Source: Amoebophrya sp. A120 (Eukaryota; Protista; Dinoflagellata). Taken from it: a stretch of DNA of 64,000 bases. The stretch is taken from the NCBI GenBank assembly GCA_905178155.1, contig CAJINV010000004.1, positions 9,158,300 to 9,222,299 of the forward strand, given 5' to 3'. Shown one piece after another: positions 20,893 to 33,035 of the stretch. Every line of letters begins with the position of its first letter. The first letter of the stretch is position 1. The notes below the pieces were generated by a model. The model did not search any database. It was not told the origin of the DNA and saw only the letters and a program-made list of their open reading frames with translations. The translations under genes were made by a program, and so were the position numbers.

Positions 20893-23800
20893 ATGTTGGC
20901 CCTTCTGCACAAGGGTTCCGCCACCGCGATCCGGGAGTTGGACCGGGTTCGCAAGGAAAACAAGGAGCTGCAGCTAGAAAACGCGCGGCTGAAGCTGGAC
21001 GCGAAGTTGAAAGTTCTACTGGTGAACAACCACGCCATCCGGGCGATTTCGCACACCAACGAGGCCGACCTAATCCGGAAAACGTTTGCCGCCTGGCAGA
21101 AATTTTCCGCGCTGGCGAAGGCAAAGAGGCAACTGGTCACCTCGAAAACCGACTTTTTGCTCGTGGTAAGTATCTATAACTTTATGTTGTTACTTCAAGA
21201 CCATTTGCATTTTCAGGATGGTTTGCGCGTAGGTGTAGATGATCCTATTCGCACTGTAGGCCTGTATGCTTTATTTTCTGATGATAGATGAAATAAACTC
21301 AAACGAAATCAATAAAACAGCTCCAAGCTCCCCACCGGCGCGCGTTTCGCGCCTGGCGGCAGCACGTGCACCACAAGCGCCACGTGAAGTTTGAGCAGCT
21401 GAGGCGCAAATACCGCGAGGAGACCGAAACCTACGAAACCAGAATCGCCTCCTTGGAACAGGAATTGACGGCGCAGACCGGGCCGGACAAGCGGCAGCTC
21501 ACCCGGCAGGTCGAGGCGCTGGACCGTGAGCTAAGCGCGGTGAAGCGGGAGAAATCTACGTTGGAAGAGGAGTTGAGCACGAAAATTACCTCCCTCCAAT
21601 CCGAACGGCGCGCCATGGAGAAGAAGGTCAAACTCGCCGCGGCGCTGGAGTCCGAGGCCGTGGAAGCGCATTCCGAGGTGAGCCGGGAGCTGGACCGGCA
21701 CCGGGCGTCGCTGGAGCTTTCCCGCCGCCGCTCCACCATTTCCGACGGCTTCCTGGAGGCGCGGGTGGCGGAACTGGAAACGGAACTGAAACTAGCGGAC
21801 CAAGTGGTCAAACGGCTGCAGCTCACCGGGGCCCGGATCTTGCAGATCACCCGGGACAAGCAGTTGAAAGTGCAGCTGTTCTCGCACTGGAAGAACTACG
21901 CAGCGCTGCACTTCTCTACTTCGGCACAGCAAGCAGATGTTGAGGGATACAAAGACAACAAGAATTCTTATCAGACCTCCACAGGCACGACACTAGAACG
22001 CAGCAGGAATCACAGAGGCAGAAATCGTACGGGACTCAGCAAGCGCACTCGCGAGCGGCGGCTGCCGGTGCGTTTCTCTGAATACGAGCGCGTTGAGCAG
22101 GAGTTGCAGGAGACGAGAGACCTGTTGCACGACACACACACCCGGATTCAGGAACTACAAAAGGAACTGGGGGATGGCCCGCTGAAGGACCTGCAGCGTG
22201 CGGCCCAGTTCGGCGGGTCTTCGGCGCGGTACTGCGTGAAACGGTTCCTGGAAAAGTACGACCTGTCGGCGGTCATTTTGGCGTTGTTCACGCGGGTGCT
22301 GCTCCTGCAAGAGGAAAAGATGCGGGGGCCGGGTGGCGGTGCGGGCATGATGAACAGGAAAAATGCTTCCGCAGCTTTAGGCAATTATAGTAGAGACGAG
22401 GGTCAACATCTTCTGCAAAATAACGGGAAGCTAAAGTGGAACGCCTCGACGACCGTGGGAAACATGGCTTCCAACAGGGCTTTAGCGTTTCCTTTGGAGC
22501 AGGACATTATATACCGTCACGGGATCTTGGGGTATAATCAACATCCTGAATATCAAACGCGAACAGCAGTTAGACAAGGAAAATCGCAGAAGTTCATCAA
22601 AAATCGAGCACCCCCCTGTCCGGGGCTCCCGGGACATATAGTTGATTTGTGTGGGCCCCAACCATTTCGCATTTCCCCCCTGCGGAGCCCGCCCCGCCAT
22701 GCGCTGCCGCTGGCATGTGTGTCGTTTTGAGTTCTCACGCCTGCGCATGTACGAGCCGAAGCGATCCCAGCACTTGCTTAACAGTCTTGCTCCGATTCAA
22801 AGACGCGCGTCTATGAGAAAACAGCTCCACAGGGTTCGAAGGTGGTGCGCGTTTACAATGAGTCGCATTGTTCCGAAAACGTTGCCGGCCCCCATTTCTT
22901 GTCCTGTCGCAGCGCGGAGCCCTTACAGTTTGCCACCTGAATCGCTCGCGCAACCCGAATAATGTAGAGCAACGCCGCCACATTCACCAGCAGAACCACC
23001 CAAAGCGCCAGGGGCAAACCAGCAAGCGCCCAGCCCGTTTCCCCGCCCCGGCCCGGCTGTCGAAAGCGCCGGGCAAAGGCGTGCCCGAAAGCGCCGCGGC
23101 CCTGTCGGAAATCGCCGGCAGGGGCGACCGCGATACCAGTGGCGTGGCCCGATGCGGTGGGTGTTGCATGTGCGGCCTCCGTCCGATGGCCGGAGGCCCC
23201 CCGAACGTCTCGCCCCAGTTCTGGAAAGGTTCTGGCAGATGCTGAAGCGCGCGGCCCTGAGCCCGCCTTCGCTGCGATCGGAAGCGGTGCCTGGCGGCCG
23301 GGGCGGCGGCCGGTCCGAAGGGGGCAGCCTGGCGCGCCCCGGCGTGGCTCCGGGGCCGCCGGCGTTCTCTTTGGCCAAAAGCGAAAAGAGCTGCTTCCGC
23401 GGCCGCCGGGGGCCCCGGCCGGGCAGCCAAAGGGGCCCCCTTTTTCGCAAAAAAAAGCAACCCCAAAAAGCACCCCCCTTGGGAAGCCTTTCCCCCACCT
23501 AAAACTGAAGAATTCCGCGCCCAAAAAAGCACCCCCCTAAAGCACCCCCCTGAGGGGCCCCCCGGCTTCGCCTTCGGACAGGAGCTCCTCCCGGTTTTCC
23601 CTTCTCGCCTTCTTTGTTTTATTGCCCCCATCCCCGCTATATTCCCAGGGCAAGCACGTCCCAAGACACCCATGGCCGCGGGCTTTTGGAAGAAAGAACG
23701 GCGGGCCGCCTCGTCTTCGCAGCAAATGCGGGCACACGGCCGCGCGCTTTTGAATCTGCCAAAAACTTTCCAGAACAGGGGCGAGGCGTTCGGGGTGTCT

Positions 23801-25182
23801 TCGGCTACCGGACGGAGGCCACATACGCAAAACGCATCGCGCCGGCCCGCGCCACTGGTATCGCGGCCGGCCTTGCCGGCGAATTCCGACAGGGGCGTGG
23901 CGCCTTCGGGAGCGCACGTGGCCCGGCGCTGCCGGCAACCAGGCCGGGGCGGGGACACGGACTGGGCGGCTGCCCGTTTGCTCCTGCGGCTCTGGGTGGT
24001 TCTGCTGGTGGATGTAATGTCGCTGCTCTACATTCTTCGAGCTGCGCAAAAGATTCAGGCGACAAAGTGGAAGCGTTCTGCGCTGCGACAGGACAAAAAA
24101 TGGGGCCCCGGAACGTTTTCGGAACAATGGCGCCGATTTTAAACGCGCGCCACCTTCGAACGCCTTCGGGCTGTTCTTTCATGAGCGCCTATTTTTGAAC
24201 CGGAGCAGGGTTCCAGAGCAAATGTTGGAGGCGCTTCGGCTCGTACATGCGCAGGCGTGAGAACTCAAAACGACACACATGCCAGCGGCAGCGCATGGCG
24301 GGGCGGGCTCCGCAGGGGGGAAATGCGAAATGGTTGGGGCCCACACAAATCAACTATATGTCCCGGGAGCCCCGGACAGGGGGGTGCTCGATTTTTGATG
24401 AACTTCTGCGATTTTCCTTGTCTAAAGCAGGTAGTCCACACTACAGCGTCCACGGAGATTCCGGCGCGTCTCCCGGACAAATTTTTAATAGCTTGGACGA
24501 GGATGAGGACTATTTTTACAACCAAACAGAAACACCACCACTCCGCAGCACAACGCTAATCCGTAACACCTCGACGGCGGCGGAAGCGCGCATCAAATGG
24601 CTGCTGAGACACTGGTCCAGGACGGGGTTGTTGGAGTCCCGGGGAGACCTGCACCAGATTGTGCAGCGGCTGCGGATCCGCGACAGCAACATGGTGACGC
24701 AGGTCCTGCTGTTACTCCTCAAATACCCGGATCACGAGAGTCACCTGCAGCCGCTGGACGCGGTGGTGCGGCGGCTGGTTTGTGGGGAGGCCAAACCGGG
24801 GGAGTTTCTGGCCAAGTGTGTCTTCTTCAACACGGACCATCTGGATCAGGAGCACGCGTTGTTCGGTTTTTACGATAGCAACGGAGCTGGTGCTTCTCCA
24901 GAATCAGAGGAGTTCTTGGAAAACGGGGGAGACGAGGCCGAAGGTCGTATTCGAGCAAGTCCAAGAGGTCCTCCGAACTATAATCGTACCAGACCCGCCC
25001 CGGAGGCCCGAAACCGAATAAAAGGCGGCCCAACATCAAGCGTTTTCAGTCCGCGAGACCGACGCACTGGGGTGGTGTCAAGCCATGCGGGAGGGAAGGA
25101 CTTTTACGACCGTTTGGTGCAGAATGCGTACTCGTCCTTACAGAAAACTAGGTACGCCATGTGGGACCTGGTGAATGTGTGA
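20893..25182 (+). CDS. Coiled-coil protein of unknown function
   Basis: Exons 20893-21165, 21321-22569, 24431-25182. GT-AG intron 21166-21320 is phase 0; removing 22570-24430 gives RTA|GSPHY in frame. Long E/K/R/L heptad stretches. Confidence 0.75.
22570..24425. mobile_element. Foldback-like giant introner (1856 bp)
   Basis: Perfect 194-bp TIR (22570-22763 / 24232-24425, TTAGAC...GTCTAA), continuing as an imperfect inverted repeat to ~23256/~23737; DR AGCAG at 22565-22569 and 24426-24430. Confidence 0.93.
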
Positions 25183-26146
25183 AAACGCACGGGTCGTGCG
25201 CCACGATGAAGGCGAACTCTCTGCTGGCGTTATAATATCTTTGTCAAACTTCTAAGGGGCTCCACCAGCAGCGCTACTACAGCTGCCCCTACTGCGTTTT
25301 GACAAGTCATCGAAGATGCGTTTTGATTCGTGTCGTGCTATGTACTTATGCTCGCGTTTCGAATTGCAGTTGTACTCCTAGTATCAAATACAGAAGTACT
25401 CAAACTTCGTGCTTTCAAGTTTGAAACAGCGACAAGGTCCTTGATGGTGTTCGAAAAGAGAAGGTCTTCTCTTGTTGATGCAGTTGTGATTGAATCTGGA
25501 GGGTGAAGTTCTCTGACTAAGCGAAGAGACGCACCGTGCAACAATAGAAGATGGCCATGGCCATGGCGATCGAACAAATATAAAAAGAAAAAAGATCGAT
25601 CATGATCCAAGACCTGAACCAAATGGCCTGGCTCGTGAAACATTTACCCTGTCCTTGTACTACCGTATGAAAAGGCCTGGCATGATACACACTTCTGAAA
25701 TTCTCTGTAGAACGATCAAGATGGATCTCGAAGCCACCAGCTCCGAAGACGATCAAGATCTCAAAATCTGTATTAAACGATCAAGTGCAGATCTGTTCTT
25801 CTTCTTCTTCTTGATCCTTCCAAAAAGTACAATATTGAAGACGTTAGAAGACAAGGCTGCCGGCGAAGTTCAAGTCGTGTCAGTACTACAGAAATACACC
25901 TACTTGCTTCCAATTGAAACTAGACAGCGACTTCGAGTAGAAGCCTAGCTATTGTAGCCCTACCCATTTGTTCCCGACAACGAGCGTACGGCTTTAAAAG
26001 AACGTCGATCTCCCTTGGCTGCACATCAGTACCCCACCATAAGTACTTTTACACGGCGACTCATCTAAGCCCATTGTCGCAATAAAGTTGTACTTGCAAT
26101 CTCTATTAATTCAGCGACACATCAAAAACCTTCTCGACGTAGCAAC

Positions 26147-27724
26147 ATGCCGCAACACAACGCTCCCACCTGGTATGGAGAGAAAAAAGTTTGTCACAGT
26201 CACTACCTTGCAGGTTTTGCATTACAAATTTTTTCAGAATCACAGCTTTTCTTTGTATTGCATGAGCACTAGGGAAATCCCTTATGAAGTTTGGCTGTGA
26301 TGCATTTTTACGCATGACAGAAAATTTTGCATTGCAAAAATGCGCATGAGTGATCGTGACGAACTTTTTTTGTTTGATACCTGGTCCACGGCGGAGCAGG
26401 AGATTGTCCGGGACGGCCTAGCGCAAAACATCCGGCTCGGAAGTTGTAGTCGGGACTCCTCTATCCTGTGCAAAAGTATCGCACTCGTAGTAATCGCAAT
26501 CATGCATTACAAATCTTTATCCCATGGCAAAGCAGCATGACAAATTCCATTTGTCATGCTGAGCTAATTTGTATTGCAATTACTACTAGTACGATACTTT
26601 TGCAGTTCATATCCTCGCCTTCTGCGCTGTCGTCATCTTCCTTCCACGTCGAACACGATGTCATTTCCTCCGCCCACGGGTCGGCCTTTGTCGCGAGTAA
26701 AGACACCAGACTGGTCGTCGGGTTAAAGGCGCAAGCGGAACAGAGAGCGAACAACTGTTCTGCTTCATCAACAAAAAAACCAACTACCACCCAAAATCTC
26801 CTGCGAGACTGCCTTTCCCTAGAGGTGCAGTTTCTTCCCGGCGTGCAGTCGGCGTATTTCCACAACGCCGACGCGGTGGCACAGATGCTCCGGAAATTTG
26901 TGTTGCCAGTTTTGGAGCAACAACCGGAAGATGTTGAACAGGAAGACGTAGAAACAACTACGGGACCAACTACTACGACACGCACTTCATTTCTCAACCC
27001 CCCCCTCGCCCGGTGCCTGGAAACCCTCCGCCAGGCAGGCTTTGCGTTGACGCTGCAGTTCCAAGTCGAAATTTCAGAAGCGGGTGTGGGGTTGCTAGAC
27101 GCCGCCAGTGTGGGAATCGGGGCCTGTTTGGAGAGTTTCGAGATGCCGGTGTTGGGCATTGAGTACGACGCGGGAAGGACCCGGGTGGTGCCGGAACAGC
27201 TGCGGGAGCAAGGAGATAAAAGCCACGGAACGATAAATATTGACGACAACATGATGCGGTTCGACGAGCATGCGATTGCCAGTTTGCTGCCGACCGCGAG
27301 AACCATGGCGGTTTTTGGAAAAAGAACGGAACAGCAAGAACAGCATCAAGAACCACCAGCAGTCGCGGCCAGCACAGGAGCTGCTGGTGAAAAAGAAAAA
27401 CATCATCTGCAGATCATGAATAAAACGTCAAAGCAACACGGTATCGTGTTCAACCCGAGTCCGGAAGAAGCGGGCTGTTGCCCCTTGTGGATTGCTTTTG
27501 TTTCGCGGAAGCATGGACTCACCGGGCTACAGGGGCCTTTTGGCGAGACCCGAGAGGGAATTCCGCCGGAAGTGATTCTGCAGATGGAGGAAATGTTTAC
27601 CGCGACCGAGGGTGGGCCGCGTGGGAACAGGGATCGTGCTGACGACGTGAACATCAATATGGAGTTTGTTGATGAAGAGGATGAAGATGTTGTGCAAGAT
27701 TCTCCTACCATGGACCAATCATGA
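26147..27724 (+). CDS. RRP42: Exosome complex RNase PH-like subunit, RRP42/EXOSC7-like (divergent)
   Basis: Exons 26147-26173, 26385-26461, 26617-27724 give MPQHNAPTW|STAEQEIVRDGLAQNIRLG...VEHDVISSAHGSAFVASKDTRLVVGLKAQ, matching the RRP42 N-terminal pattern (SxAExxxxxxG...R...VExDV...GSAxV...VGxKA). Confidence 0.65.
26174..26379. mobile_element. Introner (singleton TIR type)
   Basis: TATGGAGAGAAAAAAGTTTGTCACAGTCACT...AGTGATCGTGACGAACTTTTTTTGTTTGATA; DR CCTGG/CCTGG; frame restored. Confidence 0.87.
26462..26611. mobile_element. Introner, family B (150 bp), orientation 2
   Basis: Near reverse complement of 12652-12801; DR TCCTC/TCCTC; frame restored. Confidence 0.93.
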
Positions 27725-28292
27725 AGAGGCATAAATGAAGTCGCGCGAGGAGAACGAACTGTACAAAGGTAAACTGCAACCTGAACCTCAAAAAAATCCT
27801 TTCATCTCTGCTTGACGTATTGTTGAAAAAACGGATATTTTCACCTCAGGGATGTTGTGACAGGCGCTTTGCACCATAAGCTGTTATGACGGATGTTGCG
27901 CAACTGCAACGGTGTTCGGCGATAAAATGATTTTATCGGAGCTATGTATAATACTTTGTGCTTACTGCATCACGACCGATTTTGTGCAATGGGTCGTACT
28001 TCTACTACGATTAGAAGTTGAAATGAACATCGTGAACCACAACCAACATATACACCTTGCCGTTCTAGCAAGCGCTTTCCAGCTTCTACTGCCATTTTAT
28101 CGATCATATCGATGTATTTTCATTGTGTTGACGGCTCTTCAGGCTGTCGTCCCAGCTGGTCACATTAAAATGAGCAAGAGAGAAAACTCAATTTTTTTAC
28201 TGCGACAGAACGAGCAGTTCTATTACTATTTTTAGCCTTTACCTTTTGACGTTTTGACATAATTCGTTTTATCCGCCGCATTTTCGTAAAAT

Positions 28293-30105
28293 ATGGCCAA
28301 GCAAGAGCCTTCAGTAGAAGTTGCTCCAGCAACCTCCTTATGAACTGCAAAAGTATCGTACTCGTATAAATGCATTACAAATTTCCTCAGCGCGAGAAAT
28401 GTATTTTGTAATGCGGACTTACCTTAAGAAAAAATTTGTAATGCGTGATTGCAATACGAGTGTGATACTTTTGCACAGGATACTCCTCGTCGTTCTTCCC
28501 CTGCGTTTCTCTTGCCGTTCATGACCCGCGGACTGGTTTACTGGAAAAGCACATCATCAACCGCAAACACCCGCTCCCCCACGACGTTCTCATCGACATC
28601 CAGTACGCGGGCATTTGCCACAGCGACATCCACCAGGCACGGGCGGAATGGCCCATCGACTGCATTTTCCCGATGGTACCCGGGCACGAGATTGCGGGGG
28701 TGGTGGAGAAAGTTGGGAAGAGCGTCACGAAATTCAAGGTTGGGGAAAGGGTGTCCGTCGGTTGCTTTGTCGATTCCTGCCGGGATTGCGTCAGCTGCCA
28801 CGACGGCGTCGAGCAGTATTGCATGTCGCGGAAGAAGGGAAAAAGCGAAAAATTCGGTGCCATGTTCAAATTGAAGAATCTTGCGACCTACAACTGCTGC
28901 GTTGGGGAAGAGATGGCAGCGGAAAAAGGATTGCCGGATACGGTATTTCTATTTTATTTTACATGCGTTTGCGTCGTGCTCGTGGTGGTGGAGGTTTATT
29001 GTCGTTGTGTCCTTATACTTATTTTTGTCATGCTACAAAAGTTCCGGTCCTCCCTCGTCACACCAGATCCTCTACGGTGGCTACTCGAAGAAGATCACGG
29101 TCGACGAGAATTACATCATGCGGATCCCGGACTCCCTCGACTTTGCGAAGGCCGCGCCCCTGGCCTGTGCCGGGATCACGACCTACTCTCCTCTGAATCA
29201 CTACGGCGTGCTGAAGGCCGGAAAAGCGTTCCGCGTGGGCATCATCGGTGTGGGCGGACTCGGCGCCATGGCGGTGAAGTTCTGCAAAGCGGTCGAGAAC
29301 GAGACGTGGTGCATAAGCAGCAGCGAACGGAAGAAGGAGTATTGCCTGAACGAGCTCCAAGCGGACGGCTTCGTGGTTTCCTCTGATAAGCACGAAATGC
29401 AGAAACTGGAGCACACGTTTGACTTTCTGCTCTGCACCATCTCCGCTGATTTCGAGTGGAGCGGGTACTTGAATTTGCTGAAGCCGCAGGCAACCATCTG
29501 TCTGGTCGGGTTGCCCCCGAACAAGTGCCAGATCAAGCCCTTCGACTTCGTCGCGCGCCGGATCAAAATCGTTGGAAGCCTCATCGGCGGCATCGCGGAG
29601 ACGCAGGAGATGCTGGATTTCTGTGCGAAGCACAACATCGCGTCCGACGTGGAAATTATCGCGCCGAAGGAGATCAACCGGGCCTGGATGGAGTTAACCA
29701 AGAACGCGAATCGGAAGGCGCGGTTTGTGATCGATTGGACGTGCGAGCCGGTGGAGGGCGGGGACTGGGAGATATGAAATGCAAAAGCATCGTATTCATC
29801 GTATAAATTTAAATGCATTACAAATTTTCTCAGCATGAGATGAAATAAAATTTGTAATGCTGATTTTCCTTGACAAAGAAATTTGTAATGCAAGAGCAGC
29901 ATTTATACGAGTACGATACTTTTGCACAGGATAGGAAACGGAGAAAAACAAAGAGCATTACAATCACGTGATACACCCAGACGCCACACTGTTCGGAGCA
30001 CCACCACCGCCTCCGGGGACTACACAAGGTGGTGGTGGTATCACCGCCGGGCCGGTTCGGGGAGGTGGGGGTAGAACCAGCAGGGGGGGCTGCTTCCGGC
30101 TGTAG
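28293..30105 (+). CDS. Zn-dependent NAD(P) alcohol dehydrogenase (MDR, cinnamyl-alcohol dehydrogenase/YahK-like)
   Basis: Exons 28293-28338, 28488-28942, 29067-29772, 29939-30105. Motifs [26 protein letters not shown]...[42 protein letters not shown] intron 28943-29066. Confidence 0.93.
28339..28482. mobile_element. Introner, family B (144 bp)
   Basis: TATGAACTGCAAAAGTATCG...GATACTTTTGCACAGGATA; DR CTCCT/CTCCT; frame restored. Confidence 0.92.
29773..29933. mobile_element. Introner, family B (161 bp)
   Basis: TATGAAATGCAAAAGCATCG...CGATACTTTTGCACAGGATA; DR GGAGA/GGAAA; removal extends the ADH ORF to 30105. Confidence 0.9.
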
Positions 30106-30868
30106 TTTCGGATCATGTTCAAAATTTATTCTCCGCAAAACGAAGATGTGCAGCAGATGCGGAAAATTGGCTGTTTGAAATATTAAGTTTTATATAAATG
30201 ATATTGCTAGGACTGACACTGAGTCATTTCCAGGCTAAAGTGCTCGTTTTTCAGGCGGGGTTCAGTCCGTGACGTCTTGGTATAGCTTAGGAAAAATCCA
30301 AATCGACACGCTATAATCTTCTAGAGTCAAAATAAAACACAAACGCCCAGAGATGATGATTGCAGACAACTACATCATGCAACTGAATTTGCAAGAAAGT
30401 TTCTCAGCTCTGGACACTAGACAGAAATCTGTCGTGCACTGAATAGATATTTTTGATTTTCCTCATCCTGAATGGAGAACAGGTAAAACAAATTTGGGTG
30501 TTGTGCTTTTCGGATTCCAAGAGAACCAGTTGCGACTGTCCGGCAGAAAAACAACTGTAATCAACAAATTGGAATGTTGAGGATCAAGATGTTGATGTCG
30601 GTGTAGTGTGCATGATTTTTTTCTCGCCGGACACCGTCCTTGAGAATCGATCCCGACACAGTGACGAAAATCTGTCTAATCCTAAATGAAGAAAAGTACA
30701 ATTTTCCTGGTGCTCGTCGTTGACCTTTGTAGCGCAGGAATGAGGATGTCGGCAACAACAGATGAACTTTCACACCATTATGCGCAAAACGTGATGCTCA
30801 CCTTAGCCGGCCCCGGCGCCGCCCGCACTGATAATTATACCCAGGAGCAAAGCGATAGCGACTAAAAA

Positions 30869-31801
30869 ATGGACGATCCAGCAGTTGCAGCAACCACCAC
30901 AACCTCCGTCTCCAACAAGCCAAATTTCTCCGGGCGCACTTTGGGTTCCTGCGTCCTCCCGGGATCCTCCTCCCCAGCGAGAAGCATGTCATCACAGCCG
31001 TCCAGCCCGAAAATCTCCCCCGGGCGGCAACACCAACAGCGAACAAAAAGAATCGGCGTTTTAGGAGGCAGTTTCGACCCAATCACGGAAGCACACTTGA
31101 CCACCGCGGCGGGAGTGGTGCAGGCGGGTTGTGTAGACGAGGTGTGGCTGCTGCCGTGCGGCGCCCGGCCGGACAAGCCGTCGTTGAAAACACCGGTGAA
31201 GGATAGGGTTCTGATGTGTCATCTGGCGGTCAACACCCGGTTCGATGGCGCCTTCCCGATCCGGGTCTGCGAACTCGAAGCGGACGCGCAGACCTACATT
31301 CCGACCTTCGAGGTCTGGAAGGAACTGACCAAGCAGGCGAACATCAATAACGACCACAAGACCGAAGTCTACATCATCATCGGGTCCGACTTGATTCCGA
31401 CCTTGCCAAAGTGGAAATTTGCGGAGGAGGTCTTCGAGCAGGTGCCCTTTCTCGTGTACGCGCGCGACGGGTATGAAATACCTGGTAGCAAGCCTAGCAC
31501 TACTAGTCCGAAACAACAACAAGGACAAGGTAGTACTATTAATGGGAATAAAAACGCAGCGACATCATCTCCAAACAATATCCGGTGGCCCAGGCGCGCA
31601 GAGGTGATCAAGCCACCTACGGGGATGCATTTGTGCACGAGCAACGGGTCCTCATCGGAGGTGAGAAACCGAATTCGGCAATTTGATGCAGCGACAGGTG
31701 GTGGGGCTTTGCTACGAGATAGAAACTTGCATTGCGTGGCAGGCTTAGTGCCACAGGCTGTGCTGAATCACATTATGCGGGAAAATCTGTACCGTACATA
31801 G
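30869..31801 (+). CDS. NMNAT: Nicotinamide/nicotinate mononucleotide adenylyltransferase (NadD/NMNAT family), intronless
   Basis: IGVLGGSFDPITEAHL (T/HxxH nucleotidyltransferase motif), IIGSDL...W, SSSEVRNRI, GLVPQAVLNHIMRENLY. Confidence 0.85.
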   Translation: MDDPAVAATTTTSVSNKPNFSGRTLGSCVLPGSSSPARSMSSQPSSPKISPGRQHQQRTKRIGVLGGSFDPITEAHLTTAAGVVQAGCVDEVWLLPCGARPDKPSLKTPVKDRVLMCHLAVNTRFDGAFPIRVCELEADAQTYIPTFEVWKELTKQANINNDHKTEVYIIIGSDLIPTLPKWKFAEEVFEQVPFLVYARDGYEIPGSKPSTTSPKQQQGQGSTINGNKNAATSSPNNIRWPRRAEVIKPPTGMHLCTSNGSSSEVRNRIRQFDAATGGGALLRDRNLHCVAGLVPQAVLNHIMRENLYRT

Positions 31802-32351
31802 AAGAAGTCGTTGGTGCAGTTGTCGTTCTTCTTTCTTCACATCTACTAGATGCCGTACCGGATGCACGATTTGAAAGCGGCAAGACCACAACGAATTTAC
31901 AAGCAAACGACTAGTACTCGAAGGCGGCGTTACAAGTTGCAAACACCGTGCTTCGAGTTTTTTTTTGTGTTCCGACGAACGGACTTCGACGATCGCGATT
32001 TAGCAAGGAGCCCATGCGTGGTGCCTGCGCTTCAATATTGAAGCTGAACTACCATTGCGACTAGGTGTAGATTGACACTAGCGCCCCAGTGTCGAATGCT
32101 GATCAGTGCCTCCGGCTGCTGTTTGTTCCATCCGAACTGAACGAGGAAAAGCGTCCGTGATTTTGAATCATAAAACTCAAAATTTAAATTTTCTTTTCCA
32201 GTCACTGTCACAGTGGAATCACTATCACGAGCTAACCTGGTCTTGAACTTCGACGCCACATTTTAGTTTCTAGCAGCGAGTTACGTCAGCGATTGTACAA
32301 CTGCTCCATCGTATAACTACGGATCTGTTAAAGTTAAACGGAAACATTAAC

Positions 32352-33035
32352 ATGCCCGGAGACCAGGCGCCACTTGCGGCGCACCCGCACCAGCTCGGGA
32401 CCGCTACCGGTGGACCGGGTGCAGATTTTGCGACTTTGCTGCGCGACACACTTGTGGCTCCGTTTCTGGACAAAGTCGAGGAGGTGCAGGGGGACGGTCT
32501 TCTGTATTTCGTTTTGGCCGATATCGGAATCGGCGGCCACGGCTACGTCTTTCCCATCGACAGATACAGCGTCACGCGAGGGGCGTCTGGCGCTTTGGTT
32601 CGCAGGCCGGCAGGACGTGTGTACTCGGTTTGGTTTTTCCGCGGCGACGGGGATCTCAATGGTGGGGATTCGCCCACGTTGCAGCAGCTGCAGGCCAAGT
32701 GGGAAAGGGAGACGGACAACGAGCCAGATCACGTTCTCCTTGGACCATTCCGGGCGCGCTTCGACTCACTGGAGAATGTGCAGCGCTTCATCGAGAACTG
32801 TATCGTCAACATGATTAGGGAGCGCGCGTACAGGGGAGGAGAAGAGCAACCTGAGGGCATCACGAAGTTCGATGAGATGCCGTTGGGACTGTTTGTTGTG
32901 GACCGCCGAACCCCCGAGAACCACGTGGCGCTGTTGGCCGGGCCAAGCGCCTACCGCATGCCCGTTCTCGGTGAGCTTGCTGGGTTTTTAAAACTCATGG
33001 ATGGCTACCAGTCACCACCGCCAGACGGGTTGTAG
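32352..33035 (+). CDS. Hypothetical protein, intronless
   Basis: 227-aa ORF with coding-like composition; no recognisable motif. Confidence 0.5.
   Translation: MPGDQAPLAAHPHQLGTATGGPGADFATLLRDTLVAPFLDKVEEVQGDGLLYFVLADIGIGGHGYVFPIDRYSVTRGASGALVRRPAGRVYSVWFFRGDGDLNGGDSPTLQQLQAKWERETDNEPDHVLLGPFRARFDSLENVQRFIENCIVNMIRERAYRGGEEQPEGITKFDEMPLGLFVVDRRTPENHVALLAGPSAYRMPVLGELAGFLKLMDGYQSPPPDGL

Noticed and set aside
22853-24198. ORFs inside the foldback element as a transposase
   Set aside because: Overlapping in all frames, GC-driven, with no recognisable DDE or recombinase motif.
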